Positions 47,011 to 58,275 are shown, counted from the first letter of the stretch. The stretch is 64,000 nucleotides of DNA from Candidatus Altiarchaeota archaeon (GCA_043813075.1 JBDRLL010000010.1:1-64000); one strand, 5' to 3'. Notes: generated by a model not told the origin, from the sequence alone. Numbers and translations: made by a program.

Positions 47011-47667
47011 TTACTCGCGTTTCCTACGTGATACCTCATCTTCCAGTGGCGTGTTTATCACATGTGAATACTCCAAATAAGAATCATCGTGATTACGGTC
47101 CTCCCACTTCTCCCAGTGCACCACATCCCCCATCTTCCGTTTAGGCGGCTTGATGTGGCTGACGGCCTCCTTTCCGATGCAGATGACCGCGATAGCATTG
47201 TACCTGTCGGTTAGCCCGAGGTACTCCTCCAGCCCGTCATTGTCGAATGCGCCTATCCACAGGGAGCCTAAACCCATGCTGTGCGTGGCTAGCAGCATGT
47301 TCTGTATCGCGGCAGCAGCATCCTGATACAGGAATTTCTTGATGCCCTTCCAGTGGGTTGTCACATCGTGGGGTGATATGTCCCCAACAGCCCTGGCCTT
47401 CTTCAAGTCACCCAATACGACTATCACGACCGGGGATTGTGCGGGCTGCTCCTGCCTCGAGTAAAAGGCTATCCTCCTCCTCTTCTCAGGATCCCTTATA
47501 ACAACATATTCAAGGGGCTGTATGTTCCTAGCCGACGGAGCCCATCTAGCCGACTCTAGGATAGCATCAATCTCATCATCGCTTACGGGATGATCTTCCA
47601 TAAACGCGCGAATGCTCCGGCGAGTCTTTATAACATCAAGGAGCCATTCCTTTTCTGTTCCACCCAC
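47011..47667 (-). CDS. Nitroreductase family protein
   Basis: TRRSIRAF, WAPSARN and AIQNMLLA..GLGSLW motifs. Confidence 0.92.
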   Translation of the reverse strand: MGGTEKEWLLDVIKTRRSIRAFMEDHPVSDDEIDAILESARWAPSARNIQPLEYVVIRDPEKRRRIAFYSRQEQPAQSPVVIVVLGDLKKARAVGDISPHDVTTHWKGIKKFLYQDAAAAIQNMLLATHSMGLGSLWIGAFDNDGLEEYLGLTDRYNAIAVICIGKEAVSHIKPPKRKMGDVVHWEKWEDRNHDDSYLEYSHVINTPLEDEVSRRKRE

Positions 47668-47697
47668 AGAATAATTTAAGCATGTGAAATATAAAAA

Positions 47698-48273
47698 CTA
47701 AAAATTAGAAGACACGGACACGGATTTACCGACATCAACTCTGACCAGCGTCTTAACCATGAATCCTGTCTCCTCAAGCACCCTTTCCACACCATCCCCC
47801 CGTTCTATGGCGCACACCACGTCCTTGACTATAGCCCCTTTCCCGACAAGACCCTTCAAGACGGCAATGAGCGTCCCACCAGTGCTTATCACAGAGTCTA
47901 TGACGGTGACAACATCACCCTTCTCAACGTAATTCATGAAAAGACTGCCACTACCGTACCCCGTGCTCTGGTTCAAGACAGCCTCGCCCGGAAGCCAATA
48001 CTGCTTCTTGCGCACGATATTAACGGGAATACCCGTCTTCTGGGACACGACAGACGCCAAGTGTATGCCCATTGACTCGACAGTCATGATATAATCAACA
48101 TCCAATTCCGCCACACCGACTATGGCATCGCACACCTCACCCATCAAATCCGGGTCAAGACGGGGTATGCCGTCGGTTATGGGATGGATGAAATAGTTGT
48201 ACTCCCCCCTCTTTATCACCGGAGCCTGCGCGAGACTCGACTTAAGCAAATCAAGCATCCTAGGTTTAATCAA
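47698..48273 (-). CDS. hpt: Purine (hypoxanthine/guanine) phosphoribosyltransferase, archaeal Hpt type
   Basis: YNYFIHPITDGIP, STGY and IDSVISTGGT motifs. Confidence 0.85.
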   Translation of the reverse strand: MIKPRMLDLLKSSLAQAPVIKRGEYNYFIHPITDGIPRLDPDLMGEVCDAIVGVAELDVDYIMTVESMGIHLASVVSQKTGIPVNIVRKKQYWLPGEAVLNQSTGYGSGSLFMNYVEKGDVVTVIDSVISTGGTLIAVLKGLVGKGAIVKDVVCAIERGDGVERVLEETGFMVKTLVRVDVGKSVSVSSNF

Positions 48274-48296
48274 TCAGCATGATCCTTTAAAACAAT

Positions 48297-49553
48297 CTAC
48301 CTGGACTTCAAGTCCTCAGCAACATCCGACGCCTTCTCCATAACCTCAACGTCCCCCTCAATAACCCCGTCAGACATTAGAACCCTGCCGTCACATATGA
48401 CCGTGTCCACGCAAGACCCGTTGGTGCTGTAGACTATGTCCGACTCCAGGTTATGATGGGGCGTCAAATCCGGCCTCCTTAAGTCCATCAATATGACGTC
48501 CGCCAGCATGCCCTCCTCAATAGCGCCAGCATTCAAGCCAAGGCTCCTAGCGCCATCAATGGTCGCCATCCGAAGCGCATCCGACGCAGGCATCGTGGTT
48601 TGACTATTGTAGTGCATCTTCTGCAGCAGGGCCGCGAACTTCATGCTCTCGAACATGTCCAGGTTATTGTTGGAAGCGCACCCGTCTGTTCCAAGCGACA
48701 CCGTGACTCCCGCATTCCTCAGGTCATCATACCTCAATGCGGAGCCAACGGCAAGCTTCATGTTGGACACCGGACAGTGTGAGACCTTAACCCCCCTCTC
48801 AGCCAGTATCCTAATCTCATTGTCGTCAAGCCAGACCGAGTGGGCGCACACGAGGTTCGGCCCCAGAAAACCAAGTCCATCAAGGTATTCTACGGGACGT
48901 TTCCCGTTCTTTTTCACGCAATCTGAAACCTCCCTCTCAGTCTCACTAAGATGGAAGTGCACCAGCATGCCATTCTCCCTAGCGTATTCCGCACACCACT
49001 TGAGGCTGTCGGCAGATACAGTATACAATGCGTGCGGTCCGAGCGTCAGGTTGACCCTGCCACCGAACTCACCCCTCAGTCTGGGTATGATCCTCTCATT
49101 CTCCCTTATCTGCTCCTCCGCCTTCCCCTCGTCAAACATGTCTATGAGGACTCCGCCCATAAAGCCCCTGATTCCTGAATCATCGACCGCCCTGCAGGCG
49201 CCCTCCATATGCCAGTACATGTCGTTAAAGCACGTCGTCCCAGACCTTATCATCTCAAGACACGCGAGCCTCGTGCCCCAGTAGACGTCATCCTCTGTAA
49301 GATTCGCCTCCAGCGGCCATATGTGCTTTTCAAGCCATTCCTGGAGGGGCAGGTCGTCCGCGTATCCCCTCATCAAAGTCATAGCCGCGTGAGTGTGTGT
49401 GTTCACAAGCCCCGGCAGCGCGCACTTTCCCCTACCATCTATAACATGCTCAGCACTCTCCTCCACCGCTCCGACTCCAGCAATCCTATCGCCTTCTATG
49501 AGTATGCTCGTCTCCCTGCCGTAAAGCATGACATCCTTCAACAGTATGCTCAC
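48297..49553 (-). CDS. mtaD: MTA/SAH (5'-deoxyadenosine) deaminase, amidohydrolase family
   Basis: NTHTH, HLSET, HCPVSNMKL and GTDGCASNNNLD motifs. Confidence 0.85.
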   Translation of the reverse strand: MSILLKDVMLYGRETSILIEGDRIAGVGAVEESAEHVIDGRGKCALPGLVNTHTHAAMTLMRGYADDLPLQEWLEKHIWPLEANLTEDDVYWGTRLACLEMIRSGTTCFNDMYWHMEGACRAVDDSGIRGFMGGVLIDMFDEGKAEEQIRENERIIPRLRGEFGGRVNLTLGPHALYTVSADSLKWCAEYARENGMLVHFHLSETEREVSDCVKKNGKRPVEYLDGLGFLGPNLVCAHSVWLDDNEIRILAERGVKVSHCPVSNMKLAVGSALRYDDLRNAGVTVSLGTDGCASNNNLDMFESMKFAALLQKMHYNSQTTMPASDALRMATIDGARSLGLNAGAIEEGMLADVILMDLRRPDLTPHHNLESDIVYSTNGSCVDTVICDGRVLMSDGVIEGDVEVMEKASDVAEDLKSR

Positions 49554-50236
49554 TCCAACAACCCCCTGATCAATGAGACTATCCTATCAGCGTTCGCACC
49601 CGCCTTCAAGACTATGTCAGCGAAATCAAGCCGCCCCCCGCCAACGCCATTCGCGTAGTTGTCGACACTGCACACGCACGCGTACTTCAAACCCAACTCT
49701 CCCGCGAGAGTCGCTTCAGAGCCCACTGTCATGCCAACCACATCCGCAAAACCGCCCAAAAACGCGACCTCAGCCTTTGTCTCAAGCCGGGGCCCCCTAG
49801 TCTGAACGTAGACGCCCCCATCAGTGACCTTAACACCCGCCCTAGCGGACGCTGAGATTATCCTACCCCTCAACTCCCCGTCAAAGCCGGGTGTGACATG
49901 CCGCACCTCCCCGTCAAAGAACGTGACATGGCTTGAGAAGTCGATGTAGTCTGATGGGACGACAATGCTTCCAGGACGGAACTCCTCCCTCAGACCCCCG
50001 ACGCTCGACACGCCAATCACATCCGCAACGCCAACGGACTCAAGTGCCTTTAGATTCGCCCTATGCTCTATCCTATGGGGCGGCGTCTCATGGCCTAGCC
50101 CATGCCTTGGGAGAAAGCAGAAATCATCTGCCATACGCAGGCTCACAGTACCGTACGGCGTCTCGACTTCAACAGGGTCAGCATCCCCCACCAGCATATT
50201 GTGCTTAAGGCCGGTCCCCCCTATAACGCCGATCAT
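49550..50236 (-). CDS. MTAP-family nucleoside phosphorylase (methylthioinosine/adenosine phosphorylase)
   Basis: IGGTG, TPYG, LPRHG, GPRLETKAE, VVGMT and VDNYA motifs. Confidence 0.9.
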   Translation of the reverse strand: MIGVIGGTGLKHNMLVGDADPVEVETPYGTVSLRMADDFCFLPRHGLGHETPPHRIEHRANLKALESVGVADVIGVSSVGGLREEFRPGSIVVPSDYIDFSSHVTFFDGEVRHVTPGFDGELRGRIISASARAGVKVTDGGVYVQTRGPRLETKAEVAFLGGFADVVGMTVGSEATLAGELGLKYACVCSVDNYANGVGGGRLDFADIVLKAGANADRIVSLIRGLLE

Positions 50237-50300
50237 GTCAAGAAATACCCCTCTTTTAAGCTTATTTTATTTATTGTATCAAATACTTAAATCAGTTAAC

Positions 50301-50765
50301 ATGGGTTCAGTAGCCAACACTATAATGCGGATAAAATGGCGTTCAGTATTCGCCCTGCTCATAGTGATAGGGGCGATATACTTCCTGGTGAACTCGCTTC
50401 CATCCAGCTACCAGGTCAAGAACAACATAGCGTTGAAGACTACCGCCGACCCGGAAGTGATAATGCCTGGCGGAACCTCCACAATAACAGTCGAAGTAAA
50501 GAACCTGGACAAGGAGAAGTCCATAACAGTCAGCGTGAAGGCGAAGACCACCGACAACTCCATGTTCTTCTCCACCACCTACTCTGGAGACTACCTCAAG
50601 GGAGGCATACTCATCGGGCCTCAGGAATCCCGCAAACTCAATTTTGACGTTAAGTCCAAGGCAGGCTCGCTGGAAGGAAGGTACGGGATAACGGTTGAGG
50701 CGGTGGAGGACGGCAGTGTTGAGGGCGCAGCCGAGACAGTCTTCATCAATGTCGAGGACGTATAA
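50301..50765 (+). CDS. Membrane-anchored Ig-like beta-sandwich protein
   Basis: One N-terminal TM then beta-strand-rich PGGTSTITVEVKN...; ATG 50301. Confidence 0.7.
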   Translation: MGSVANTIMRIKWRSVFALLIVIGAIYFLVNSLPSSYQVKNNIALKTTADPEVIMPGGTSTITVEVKNLDKEKSITVSVKAKTTDNSMFFSTTYSGDYLKGGILIGPQESRKLNFDVKSKAGSLEGRYGITVEAVEDGSVEGAAETVFINVEDV

Positions 50766-50767
50766 TG

Positions 50768-53700
50768 CTACATGAATTCAGCTAGACTCGCCTGCTTGGC
50801 CAGCTCGTTAGTGAAGAGGGACTCGGTCTGTTTCTTTATGAGGTAGAGCCTCTGTTTAAGGTAGTTTGAAAGCCCGTACTTCTCAGCCATCTTGATGGAC
50901 ATGTCCAGGTACTTGACTATGTTCCCCTCGCTCACCGTCAGGAGAAGCCTTCCGCCGCACTTGACGCACTTTCCGACAAGCGGGACCCTCCGGTAGTTCT
51001 CATTGCACTTGACGCACCTGAAGTGCTGCCTGCTGAATGCGCGCAGATTCCCGTAAGTGTCCCTCATGAAATGCGAGTTGATGACTATCTCAGCCACCTC
51101 CTTCTCGTCGATAGCCCTTATCTTCTCCGCGACAGCTAGCTGCGCCTTCATCTTCTCCTCCATGGTCCCCAGACTCACGTACCTGCTCACGTGCACCGGA
51201 CCGTTAACGTCTCCTGTGTCGTGGGTGAAGTCCAGCCCTCTGTAGGGGTCGGTCTTCAGCATGTTCTTAACAATCTTCACCTTGACTTCAGAGGGGTTAA
51301 CGTTCCTGAGCGTCGCCTCATAGAACTCTCTTGAAAAGCAGCCCACAACCTCCATCTTATGGGCCTCATCATCTATCTCGTTGGGGTCCATTATGGTGGT
51401 TATGACGAGGGGCGCGTCCATCTTACCCCCCCTCTTCTCTGGAAGGTACTTCCTCGAGAAGTTCAACAGCGCGTCCATCAAGAGCATCACAGCATCCTCA
51501 TCGCCATCACAGTTCCTGCGTTTCGCAGCATGCCAGTAAGGGTGGGCGTAGCACACCCTCGCCTTCGTGAAGCCTATTATCCTCCCAACCACTCCCGCTG
51601 AAGTGTGGGGTGCAAGCCCCACCACCAGCTGGCCTAAAATGTCGTCGACACACTCGACGTTATAGAACCTCTCCATCTGATAAAGTTTAACGAGCGTGTC
51701 GTCTATGAACCTGCACGCCTTCATCAGGTATTCGCCGCACGATTCCGATATTATTATGTCCTGGGTCCGCAGTTCCACGATCTGATCGTCTGACGCGAGT
51801 TCCACCCCCCTATAATCCTTAATGTAGCCGAGCTCCCGGAGCCTCTCGACAGAAACCCCTATCTCCCTTGGCTTAAAGTGCGTGAGGGGAGCGTCCGTGG
51901 AATCATGCCTAACAGTCCCGTCCTTGAACACGTAGACCCCATGGAGAGCCCTCAATATGCCCTTTTCGAGGGGCTCAGGTATCTTGTAGCTTGAAATCAT
52001 GCCCATAACGCCCTTAACGTCAACAGACCTGCCGACCCTCTCAACAGCCTCCAACCACCTCTTGCGCATCTCCATGTCATGCCTCCCGTACAGCCTGGTG
52101 TTCGCCCCGCACCTCGGGCATTTCTCGCTAGCACCCCTATAGCTGCAGGAACCGCATACCCTTATCAACTCCGTGCTGCCACCGCAATCCGGGCATCTCG
52201 TGCTAAGCGTCTTAGTCCTGCACTTCTTACAGTAGAATTGCGATACGTCAACACTAATGGTATTCCTCTCCGCAGCCTTGTTCACGCTCCGCTCCCTGCC
52301 GCCAGCATTACCTATCGGAAACAGGGCGTGCACTGCCGGACGCATCTTCCTCTCAGCAGACTTCTCAGGCCTCCCCATCCTGCATCCGATATACGACCCA
52401 ACCTTCCTTCTAACAATCACGCTGGAGGTCTCCCGTATAAGATCAAAAGCGTTGGAATCATCTGCAATGCCTGCCACCTTTGAAGCGAACACTCCCGCAT
52501 CCAGCTTGTCGTCCATCCCCAACTGGGCTAGCAGGGGCTGGTATCCCCCTATGACTACGCTACCCTCAGACACCTTATGCGGCACGCCAAGCAACTCAAG
52601 CACCCTCTTGGCCCTCTCATCCATGAATACTATGAGCTCTTCCCCAGCATTCCCCCTACCCAGCCAGTCCACCAGCACTCGAATGTCGCCGACACTCAAA
52701 TCCTCCCAGTGATAAGTGTACCTAGGGTGCAGTGGGATGCCCTTCTCAACAGACAACCTGACTGCGTCCGAAGGACCGGGCATGGAAGCATCAACACCAG
52801 CATCCAACGCCTCAATAGCCCACCAGTCCTCGCAGTATCCGGAAGCCTCAAGGCTAGTGTTGGTTTGGAGGAAATCCCCGTAGGAGACTAGTATGTCCCC
52901 GAGGAACAGGACTTCAACCACATCATCCCTGACTTCAAGAGCCCTAGCCCTATCCCCTATCAACTCCACGCTACCATCCTTAAGCTTAACCACCGGACCC
53001 TCTATAGTGTCGCACTCGGTTATTATACAACCCTTGCCCGGACGCTCCACCTTAACCTGGGTTCCGGTGGCTATGAAGTCATCCAGTACAATCATGGTGG
53101 CAGGATGTATGGACTTAGCCGCTATACCCGAACACCTGGCCCTACCATACCTCAGCCTGAAGGCGCCCTTAGCCGAAGGGGCTGCGAAGATGGGCCTTCC
53201 ACCGACAACCTCGTCCATGAACTTTGACTTGGGCTTCGAATCCTCCCCAGACTCGTCCTTCCTGGACTTCCCTATGCCTGAAAGCCAGCCCCAATCCAAA
53301 CCCAGCTTGCTGGAGTAGCCCCTAACCTTCTTGGACTTCTGGGCTATGCCCTCAGCTATGACCAGGCACATCCCACCCCTCACCCTGTTGGAGTCCACCC
53401 GCTCCAAGTCCCTGTGCAACGCAACCTCCACATCCTCGGTAGGATCACCGTCAACACACACATCCAGGTTATTAACAATCAGACGCACCTCATCATCACC
53501 AGGCTTGTACTGGAGCCTCGAAGCCCTCTCATCGTAAAGCTTAATCTCCTCAACATAACGCTCAACCTCATCCTTCGTAGGCCTATACCCCTGCAACCCT
53601 ATCTTACTCCTTATGTAATCCCCCACCAGCACTGCGAGGCCCTGAGCCGTGCCGCCAGCGCTTCTTATGGGTCCTGCGAAGTATATGGCAAGGTATTCAC

Positions 53701-54073
53701 TGCCGTCCGGATTCTTCTTGACGCACACCTTCGATATCCCCTCTATGGGCGCGGCCACCACACCCTCCGTCAGTATGGCGAGGGATGTCCTCAACGCCTG
53801 CTCCATCCGCTCATCCCTCCCCTTAGGGTCCAGCGGCATGTCCTCCAGCATGTAGTCTATTATCCTCGAAAGATTCTCCCTACCATACTCCTTTATCCTC
53901 TCTGCTATGCCCTCAGGGCCGACAAGACCCTCCACCCTCGTCGCAAGGTCTCCGGCAGGCACAGCCTCAACGTCCGGACTAGGGTCTATGTTCAGCTTCC
54001 TCGCCCTCCTGGCTATCTCATAGGTCCTCTCAATCTCGCCCGACAGCCTGCTGAAATATTCCTTAGTGTCCAT
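50768..54073 (-). CDS. polC: DNA polymerase D large subunit DP2 (no intein)
   Basis: AGPIRSAGGT, FRLRYGR, RRNCDGDED and the C-terminal Zn finger. Confidence 0.98.
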   Translation of the reverse strand: MDTKEYFSRLSGEIERTYEIARRARKLNIDPSPDVEAVPAGDLATRVEGLVGPEGIAERIKEYGRENLSRIIDYMLEDMPLDPKGRDERMEQALRTSLAILTEGVVAAPIEGISKVCVKKNPDGSEYLAIYFAGPIRSAGGTAQGLAVLVGDYIRSKIGLQGYRPTKDEVERYVEEIKLYDERASRLQYKPGDDEVRLIVNNLDVCVDGDPTEDVEVALHRDLERVDSNRVRGGMCLVIAEGIAQKSKKVRGYSSKLGLDWGWLSGIGKSRKDESGEDSKPKSKFMDEVVGGRPIFAAPSAKGAFRLRYGRARCSGIAAKSIHPATMIVLDDFIATGTQVKVERPGKGCIITECDTIEGPVVKLKDGSVELIGDRARALEVRDDVVEVLFLGDILVSYGDFLQTNTSLEASGYCEDWWAIEALDAGVDASMPGPSDAVRLSVEKGIPLHPRYTYHWEDLSVGDIRVLVDWLGRGNAGEELIVFMDERAKRVLELLGVPHKVSEGSVVIGGYQPLLAQLGMDDKLDAGVFASKVAGIADDSNAFDLIRETSSVIVRRKVGSYIGCRMGRPEKSAERKMRPAVHALFPIGNAGGRERSVNKAAERNTISVDVSQFYCKKCRTKTLSTRCPDCGGSTELIRVCGSCSYRGASEKCPRCGANTRLYGRHDMEMRKRWLEAVERVGRSVDVKGVMGMISSYKIPEPLEKGILRALHGVYVFKDGTVRHDSTDAPLTHFKPREIGVSVERLRELGYIKDYRGVELASDDQIVELRTQDIIISESCGEYLMKACRFIDDTLVKLYQMERFYNVECVDDILGQLVVGLAPHTSAGVVGRIIGFTKARVCYAHPYWHAAKRRNCDGDEDAVMLLMDALLNFSRKYLPEKRGGKMDAPLVITTIMDPNEIDDEAHKMEVVGCFSREFYEATLRNVNPSEVKVKIVKNMLKTDPYRGLDFTHDTGDVNGPVHVSRYVSLGTMEEKMKAQLAVAEKIRAIDEKEVAEIVINSHFMRDTYGNLRAFSRQHFRCVKCNENYRRVPLVGKCVKCGGRLLLTVSEGNIVKYLDMSIKMAEKYGLSNYLKQRLYLIKKQTESLFTNELAKQASLAEFM

Positions 54074-55618
54074 CTAATCACCGAAGTAGAGCATGGAGAC
54101 ATCATGGTTCCGCAGGTTCATGGCCGGCACCCTCGCGGGAGTCGGCTGGTGCCCCAACTGCTCCTGATACTTGGTCTTACCCTGCCATGTGCCTGAGTTG
54201 ATGACGTTAACGCCCCTATAGTTAGCGAAACCGTTCGTGTGGACGTGCCCACAGTGGAACACGTCCGGAACATCCTTTATGAACAGGTAATCCCTCTCCT
54301 CCGGGAGTATGCTGTCGCCCCCATACATGGGTACGAGATGCCTCCTCCTCAAGTACTCTATCATAGCGTATTCCGGCCGGTTGTAGCTGCATTCCGGTAC
54401 GTTGCTTATTATAGTGTCCAGCGACGTCCCATGGTACATGAGCACGTCAACCCCATGCGCGGTAACCTTCACCGGGTTCCCCACAACATGGACGTTCGGC
54501 AGCTCATAGAGTGGCGCGCCAATATCCTCCGGAAGCCTCGGCTGCGGCTCAGCAAGCCTGACTGCATCGTGGTTGCCCATGCTCAACACAACCTCAATGT
54601 AGTCCGGTATGTTCTCCAACAGCAGGGATAGAAAGTCGTACTGCTTGTAGATGTCCGGTATGGTGAGCTCCTTCTCCTGATGGGGGTATATGCCTATCCC
54701 ATCGACAAGGTCTCCCGCAACAAAGATGTACTTCACCTTCTCAGACACGTCCCTCTTGTCGCCGTGGCCGTGAAGCCACTTGATGAACGACTCGAACTCG
54801 CGCTCAAGGAACAGGTAGCTGCCCACGTGTATGTCCGACATGAACAGGGCGTACACATCTTCCTCGGAATAATTCGGCTGCCTGTTGAAAGGTATGTCCG
54901 GCTGGGTTATGTCAGATGCTATGAAAAGCTCGTTCCTCAGCACCCCCTCAACGCCAACCACCTCGTCAGGCAGTATCCGGTTGAACGCCCTCGCAAGCTG
55001 GTCGTTCTCATTGCTGATGAACACGGTAAGCTCTCCAGTAGGGTCCTCGACGTCAAGGAACCTGTATCCCTTGTCGCTCTCCCTCTTGTTGTTCACCATG
55101 CAGATTATCCTGCACCTGCCATCAACGTTCCCTGACTTCAAGTCGTCTATGCTCAGGACGCTCCTGTACTCCACCCGGTTCTGGAGAACACCCTTCACGT
55201 TAGAGTACCTGGTGTTAAAATAGTCTATGAAATCCTCCACCTTGCCCTCGCAAGTCGACTTCCCAGTGACATCGCTCTTATCGTGGATGACGAGTTCAGC
55301 CTCTATATCGCTTGCAGAAGGCTTCCTAGACCTCACGACCTCGACAACAGACTCGCCCGCCTTAGGGCCAGCTTCACTCAGGGTCTCAGGCTCCGGGGAT
55401 ACGACGCAGAGCTTCTCCTCCTTTGAATCCAGCACGTACTCGTCAATGAACTCGCTGGTCACAAGCCAAATGTTGTTCTCCCTCGACCTCCCTATTATCT
55501 CGTCAACGTCAAGGTTGCAGGATATTATCTTGTCTATGCAGGCGGCGCCTATGATAAGCCCGTTCTGAGTGAACTGGTATGCAATACCCCTCTTCCTGTC
55601 GCCACCCCCCGTACTCAT
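54074..55618 (-). CDS. polB: DNA polymerase D small subunit DP1
   Basis: SDIHVGS, GDLVDG, GNHD, YHG, HCGHVH and NSGTWQ motifs. Confidence 0.96.
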   Translation of the reverse strand: MSTGGGDRKRGIAYQFTQNGLIIGAACIDKIISCNLDVDEIIGRSRENNIWLVTSEFIDEYVLDSKEEKLCVVSPEPETLSEAGPKAGESVVEVVRSRKPSASDIEAELVIHDKSDVTGKSTCEGKVEDFIDYFNTRYSNVKGVLQNRVEYRSVLSIDDLKSGNVDGRCRIICMVNNKRESDKGYRFLDVEDPTGELTVFISNENDQLARAFNRILPDEVVGVEGVLRNELFIASDITQPDIPFNRQPNYSEEDVYALFMSDIHVGSYLFLEREFESFIKWLHGHGDKRDVSEKVKYIFVAGDLVDGIGIYPHQEKELTIPDIYKQYDFLSLLLENIPDYIEVVLSMGNHDAVRLAEPQPRLPEDIGAPLYELPNVHVVGNPVKVTAHGVDVLMYHGTSLDTIISNVPECSYNRPEYAMIEYLRRRHLVPMYGGDSILPEERDYLFIKDVPDVFHCGHVHTNGFANYRGVNVINSGTWQGKTKYQEQLGHQPTPARVPAMNLRNHDVSMLYFGD

Positions 55619-55638
55619 TCTATCCTACAGGCCCTAAA

Positions 55639-56550
55639 TCACTTAGAGAAAAACTCCCTGAATTTTTCCACAACCATCATCCCGCCCTTAAGCTGGCACT
55701 CGTCTGTCCCAGCCCCAATGTGGGGTGTCAGCACGACGTTGGGCAGTCCCGTCAGCGGACTGGCCTCCAAAGGCTCCTTCTCGTACACGTCCAAAGCGGC
55801 TCCGGCGATAACCCCCTCCTTCAAAGCCTTGACCAAAGCCTCCTCGTCCACGACCTTTCCGCGTGCAGTGTTCACCAGCAACGCATTCTTCTTCATCAAC
55901 GAAAGCCTATCCGCGTTAATCATCCTGATGGTCCCCTCAACGGCCGGAACGTGCAGCGAGACGATGTCCGACTCTTTCAGCAATTCCTCGAGTGAAACCC
56001 CCTTAACGCCGTGAACATCCTCCTGCGCCTGGTTGAACGCGGGATCGTATACTATCACCTTCATGCCGAAGGCATTCGCCCTAGCAGCAACCTCCTTACC
56101 AATCCTACCGAATCCGATTAGTCCTAGCGTCTTCCCTGAGAGTTCAAAGCCCTTCAACTGCTTCTTCTCCCACAGGCCGTCCTTCATGGACTTGTCAGCC
56201 TTCGCGATATTCCTCGCGTAAGACAGCATCAATGCGATAGCCATCTCCGCGACACTAACGCTCGAAGCCTCCGGAGTGTTAACCACCGTAACCCCCTTCG
56301 CCTTGGCGGCTTCACGGTCAACGTTGTCGAGGCCGACTCCAGCACGACCTATGATCTTCAGGTTGCCGGCTTCTATCACTTCCTTCGTGACTTTGGTGGC
56401 GCTCCTCACGAGTATCGCATCATATCCCCCAATCTCCTTCACCAGCTCCTCTGGAGTCAGCTTCTTCTCGTCCACGTCAGCGAACGTCCTCAACTCCCCA
56501 ATAGCCTTCTCATGATACTTGTCCGTTACGAGAACCCTAGGTTTTTCCAT
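55639..56550 (-). CDS. D-isomer 2-hydroxyacid dehydrogenase (SerA-like, no ACT domain)
   Basis: [27 protein letters not shown] and TPHIG motifs. Confidence 0.9.
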   Translation of the reverse strand: MEKPRVLVTDKYHEKAIGELRTFADVDEKKLTPEELVKEIGGYDAILVRSATKVTKEVIEAGNLKIIGRAGVGLDNVDREAAKAKGVTVVNTPEASSVSVAEMAIALMLSYARNIAKADKSMKDGLWEKKQLKGFELSGKTLGLIGFGRIGKEVAARANAFGMKVIVYDPAFNQAQEDVHGVKGVSLEELLKESDIVSLHVPAVEGTIRMINADRLSLMKKNALLVNTARGKVVDEEALVKALKEGVIAGAALDVYEKEPLEASPLTGLPNVVLTPHIGAGTDECQLKGGMMVVEKFREFFSK

Positions 56551-56600
56551 GCAAGATATTAGTAAACAATTAATATTAATCGCCTCCCATAATCTATAGC

Positions 56601-57521
56601 ATGACCTCCCTAGCCGTAGAATTAGCGGGTTTAAGGCTCAGCAACCCCACAATACTCGCTTCTGGAGTCATGGGCTCCACTAAGGCTTCCCTAAACCGGG
56701 TCGCAGGGGCGGGAGCGGGGGCGGTCACCACAAAATCCGTCACACGCGAGCCACGTCCAGGCCACGACAACCCACAGATGGTCGAGGTCACATCCGGCTA
56801 CTTGAATGCGGTCGGCTACACCAATATGGGCTTGGATTCCGCCAAAGAAGAGTTCACAGGGCTCGGTGATGTCGGCGTCCCCGTCATAGGCAGCATTGTA
56901 GCCGAGGATGCTGAGGGATTCTCCCTTCTCGCTAGAGAGTTCAACTCCATGGAGTTCGACGCAATTGAGGTTGTCCTATCCTGCCCCCACACTCCGGGGC
57001 TCGGGCTGATGGGGGGGCAGGGAACACCAGAGGCGGCTTGTGAAGTCGTGTCTGCCGTCCGCAGCCAGGTGAAGAAGCCGTTGATAGTCAAACTCTCCCC
57101 CAGCGTCGGCAACATCGGTTGTGTGGCGGAGGCTGCAGTATCCTCCGGAGCCGACGTACTCAACATGGGAAACACTCTAGGTCCGGGGATGGTGATAAGC
57201 CTGGAGGCAAGGAAGCCTGTGCTCGGATTCAAGGTGGGCGGCATGTCAGGGCCAGCGGTCAAGCCGATCACTATCCGGTGCGTGTACGACGTCTACGAGG
57301 CGGTGGGGGGAAAGACACCGATAATCGCCACTGGCGGAATAACCTACGGGGTTGACGCCATCGAGGCATTAATGGCTGGAGCATCCGCGGTTGGGGTGGG
57401 CACTGCGGTAAAATACCGCGGGCTCAATGCATTCACCATGATCAGCGAAGAAATCTCAGGATGGATGGAATCCAATAATGTCGGCAGAATAAAGGACCTG
57501 GTTGGTGTAGCCCATGGATAA
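56601..57521 (+). CDS. pyrD: Dihydroorotate dehydrogenase catalytic subunit
   Basis: LASG, TTKS, SCPH, VKLSP and GGMSGPAVKP motifs. Confidence 0.95.
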   Translation: MTSLAVELAGLRLSNPTILASGVMGSTKASLNRVAGAGAGAVTTKSVTREPRPGHDNPQMVEVTSGYLNAVGYTNMGLDSAKEEFTGLGDVGVPVIGSIVAEDAEGFSLLAREFNSMEFDAIEVVLSCPHTPGLGLMGGQGTPEAACEVVSAVRSQVKKPLIVKLSPSVGNIGCVAEAAVSSGADVLNMGNTLGPGMVISLEARKPVLGFKVGGMSGPAVKPITIRCVYDVYEAVGGKTPIIATGGITYGVDAIEALMAGASAVGVGTAVKYRGLNAFTMISEEISGWMESNNVGRIKDLVGVAHG

Positions 57522-58275
57522 GCCTGTCATGGTCGAGATAATCGGCGTCAAGGAGGAGAGCAAAAACCATAAGACCTTCACACTGGACGTCAAAGTGGAT
57601 GCTGTTCCAGGCCAATTCTGCATGCTCTGGCTGCCTGGGCTAAACGAGAAGCCCATGAGCTTCAGCGGCATAGGCGAGCAAGCTAAGGTTACTGTAAAGA
57701 AGCTGGGGGACTTCACTAAACAAATGTTCCGGATGAAGCAGGGGGATGAGATAGGCTTCAGGGGCCCATACGGCCGCGGATTCGCGGTCCTGGATGGGGA
57801 GGCGTGTCTTGTCGGAGGCGGGTGTGGTATAGCGCCTCTACTGCCTCTAGCTGATGAAGTCGACGGCCTCGCTATAGTCGCCGCGAAATCCAGGTCAGAC
57901 CTCATCCTGGTCAAAGAGTTCAGGGATTCCGGCCTCGACGTTGTCGTCGCCACAGACGACGGCAGTGAGGGAGTCAAGGGTTTCGCCCATGAAGTCCTGG
58001 CCCAGCAGATCAGTGAAAGGGACTTCGGATGCGTATACACGTGCGGTCCTGAAGTCATGATGAAGACGATAATGGATGTGTGCGATGAAAGCGATACTGA
58101 ATGCCAGCTCTCGCTCGAACGTTACATGAAGTGCGGCATCGGCATCTGCGGTTCATGCACCCTGTCCGGCATGAGGGTTTGCGTTGAAGGCCCAGTCTTC
58201 AACGCCGACGAATTACGTGGCACGGAATTCGGCGTATACACCCGTGACGGTTGCGGGTGCAGGAGGGTTATATGA
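57514..58275 (+). CDS. pyrK: Dihydroorotate dehydrogenase electron-transfer subunit
   Basis: PGQF, GPYGRGF, GGGCG, CGPE and MKCGIGICGSC motifs. Confidence 0.95.
   Translation: MDKPVMVEIIGVKEESKNHKTFTLDVKVDAVPGQFCMLWLPGLNEKPMSFSGIGEQAKVTVKKLGDFTKQMFRMKQGDEIGFRGPYGRGFAVLDGEACLVGGGCGIAPLLPLADEVDGLAIVAAKSRSDLILVKEFRDSGLDVVVATDDGSEGVKGFAHEVLAQQISERDFGCVYTCGPEVMMKTIMDVCDESDTECQLSLERYMKCGIGICGSCTLSGMRVCVEGPVFNADELRGTEFGVYTRDGCGCRRVI

Noticed and set aside
47698-50236. Novel metabolic operon
   Set aside because: Phosphorylase, deaminase and PRTase match the known methylthioadenosine/purine salvage route.
50768-54073. Intein in DP2
   Set aside because: The 1101-aa length and continuous motifs show no insertion.
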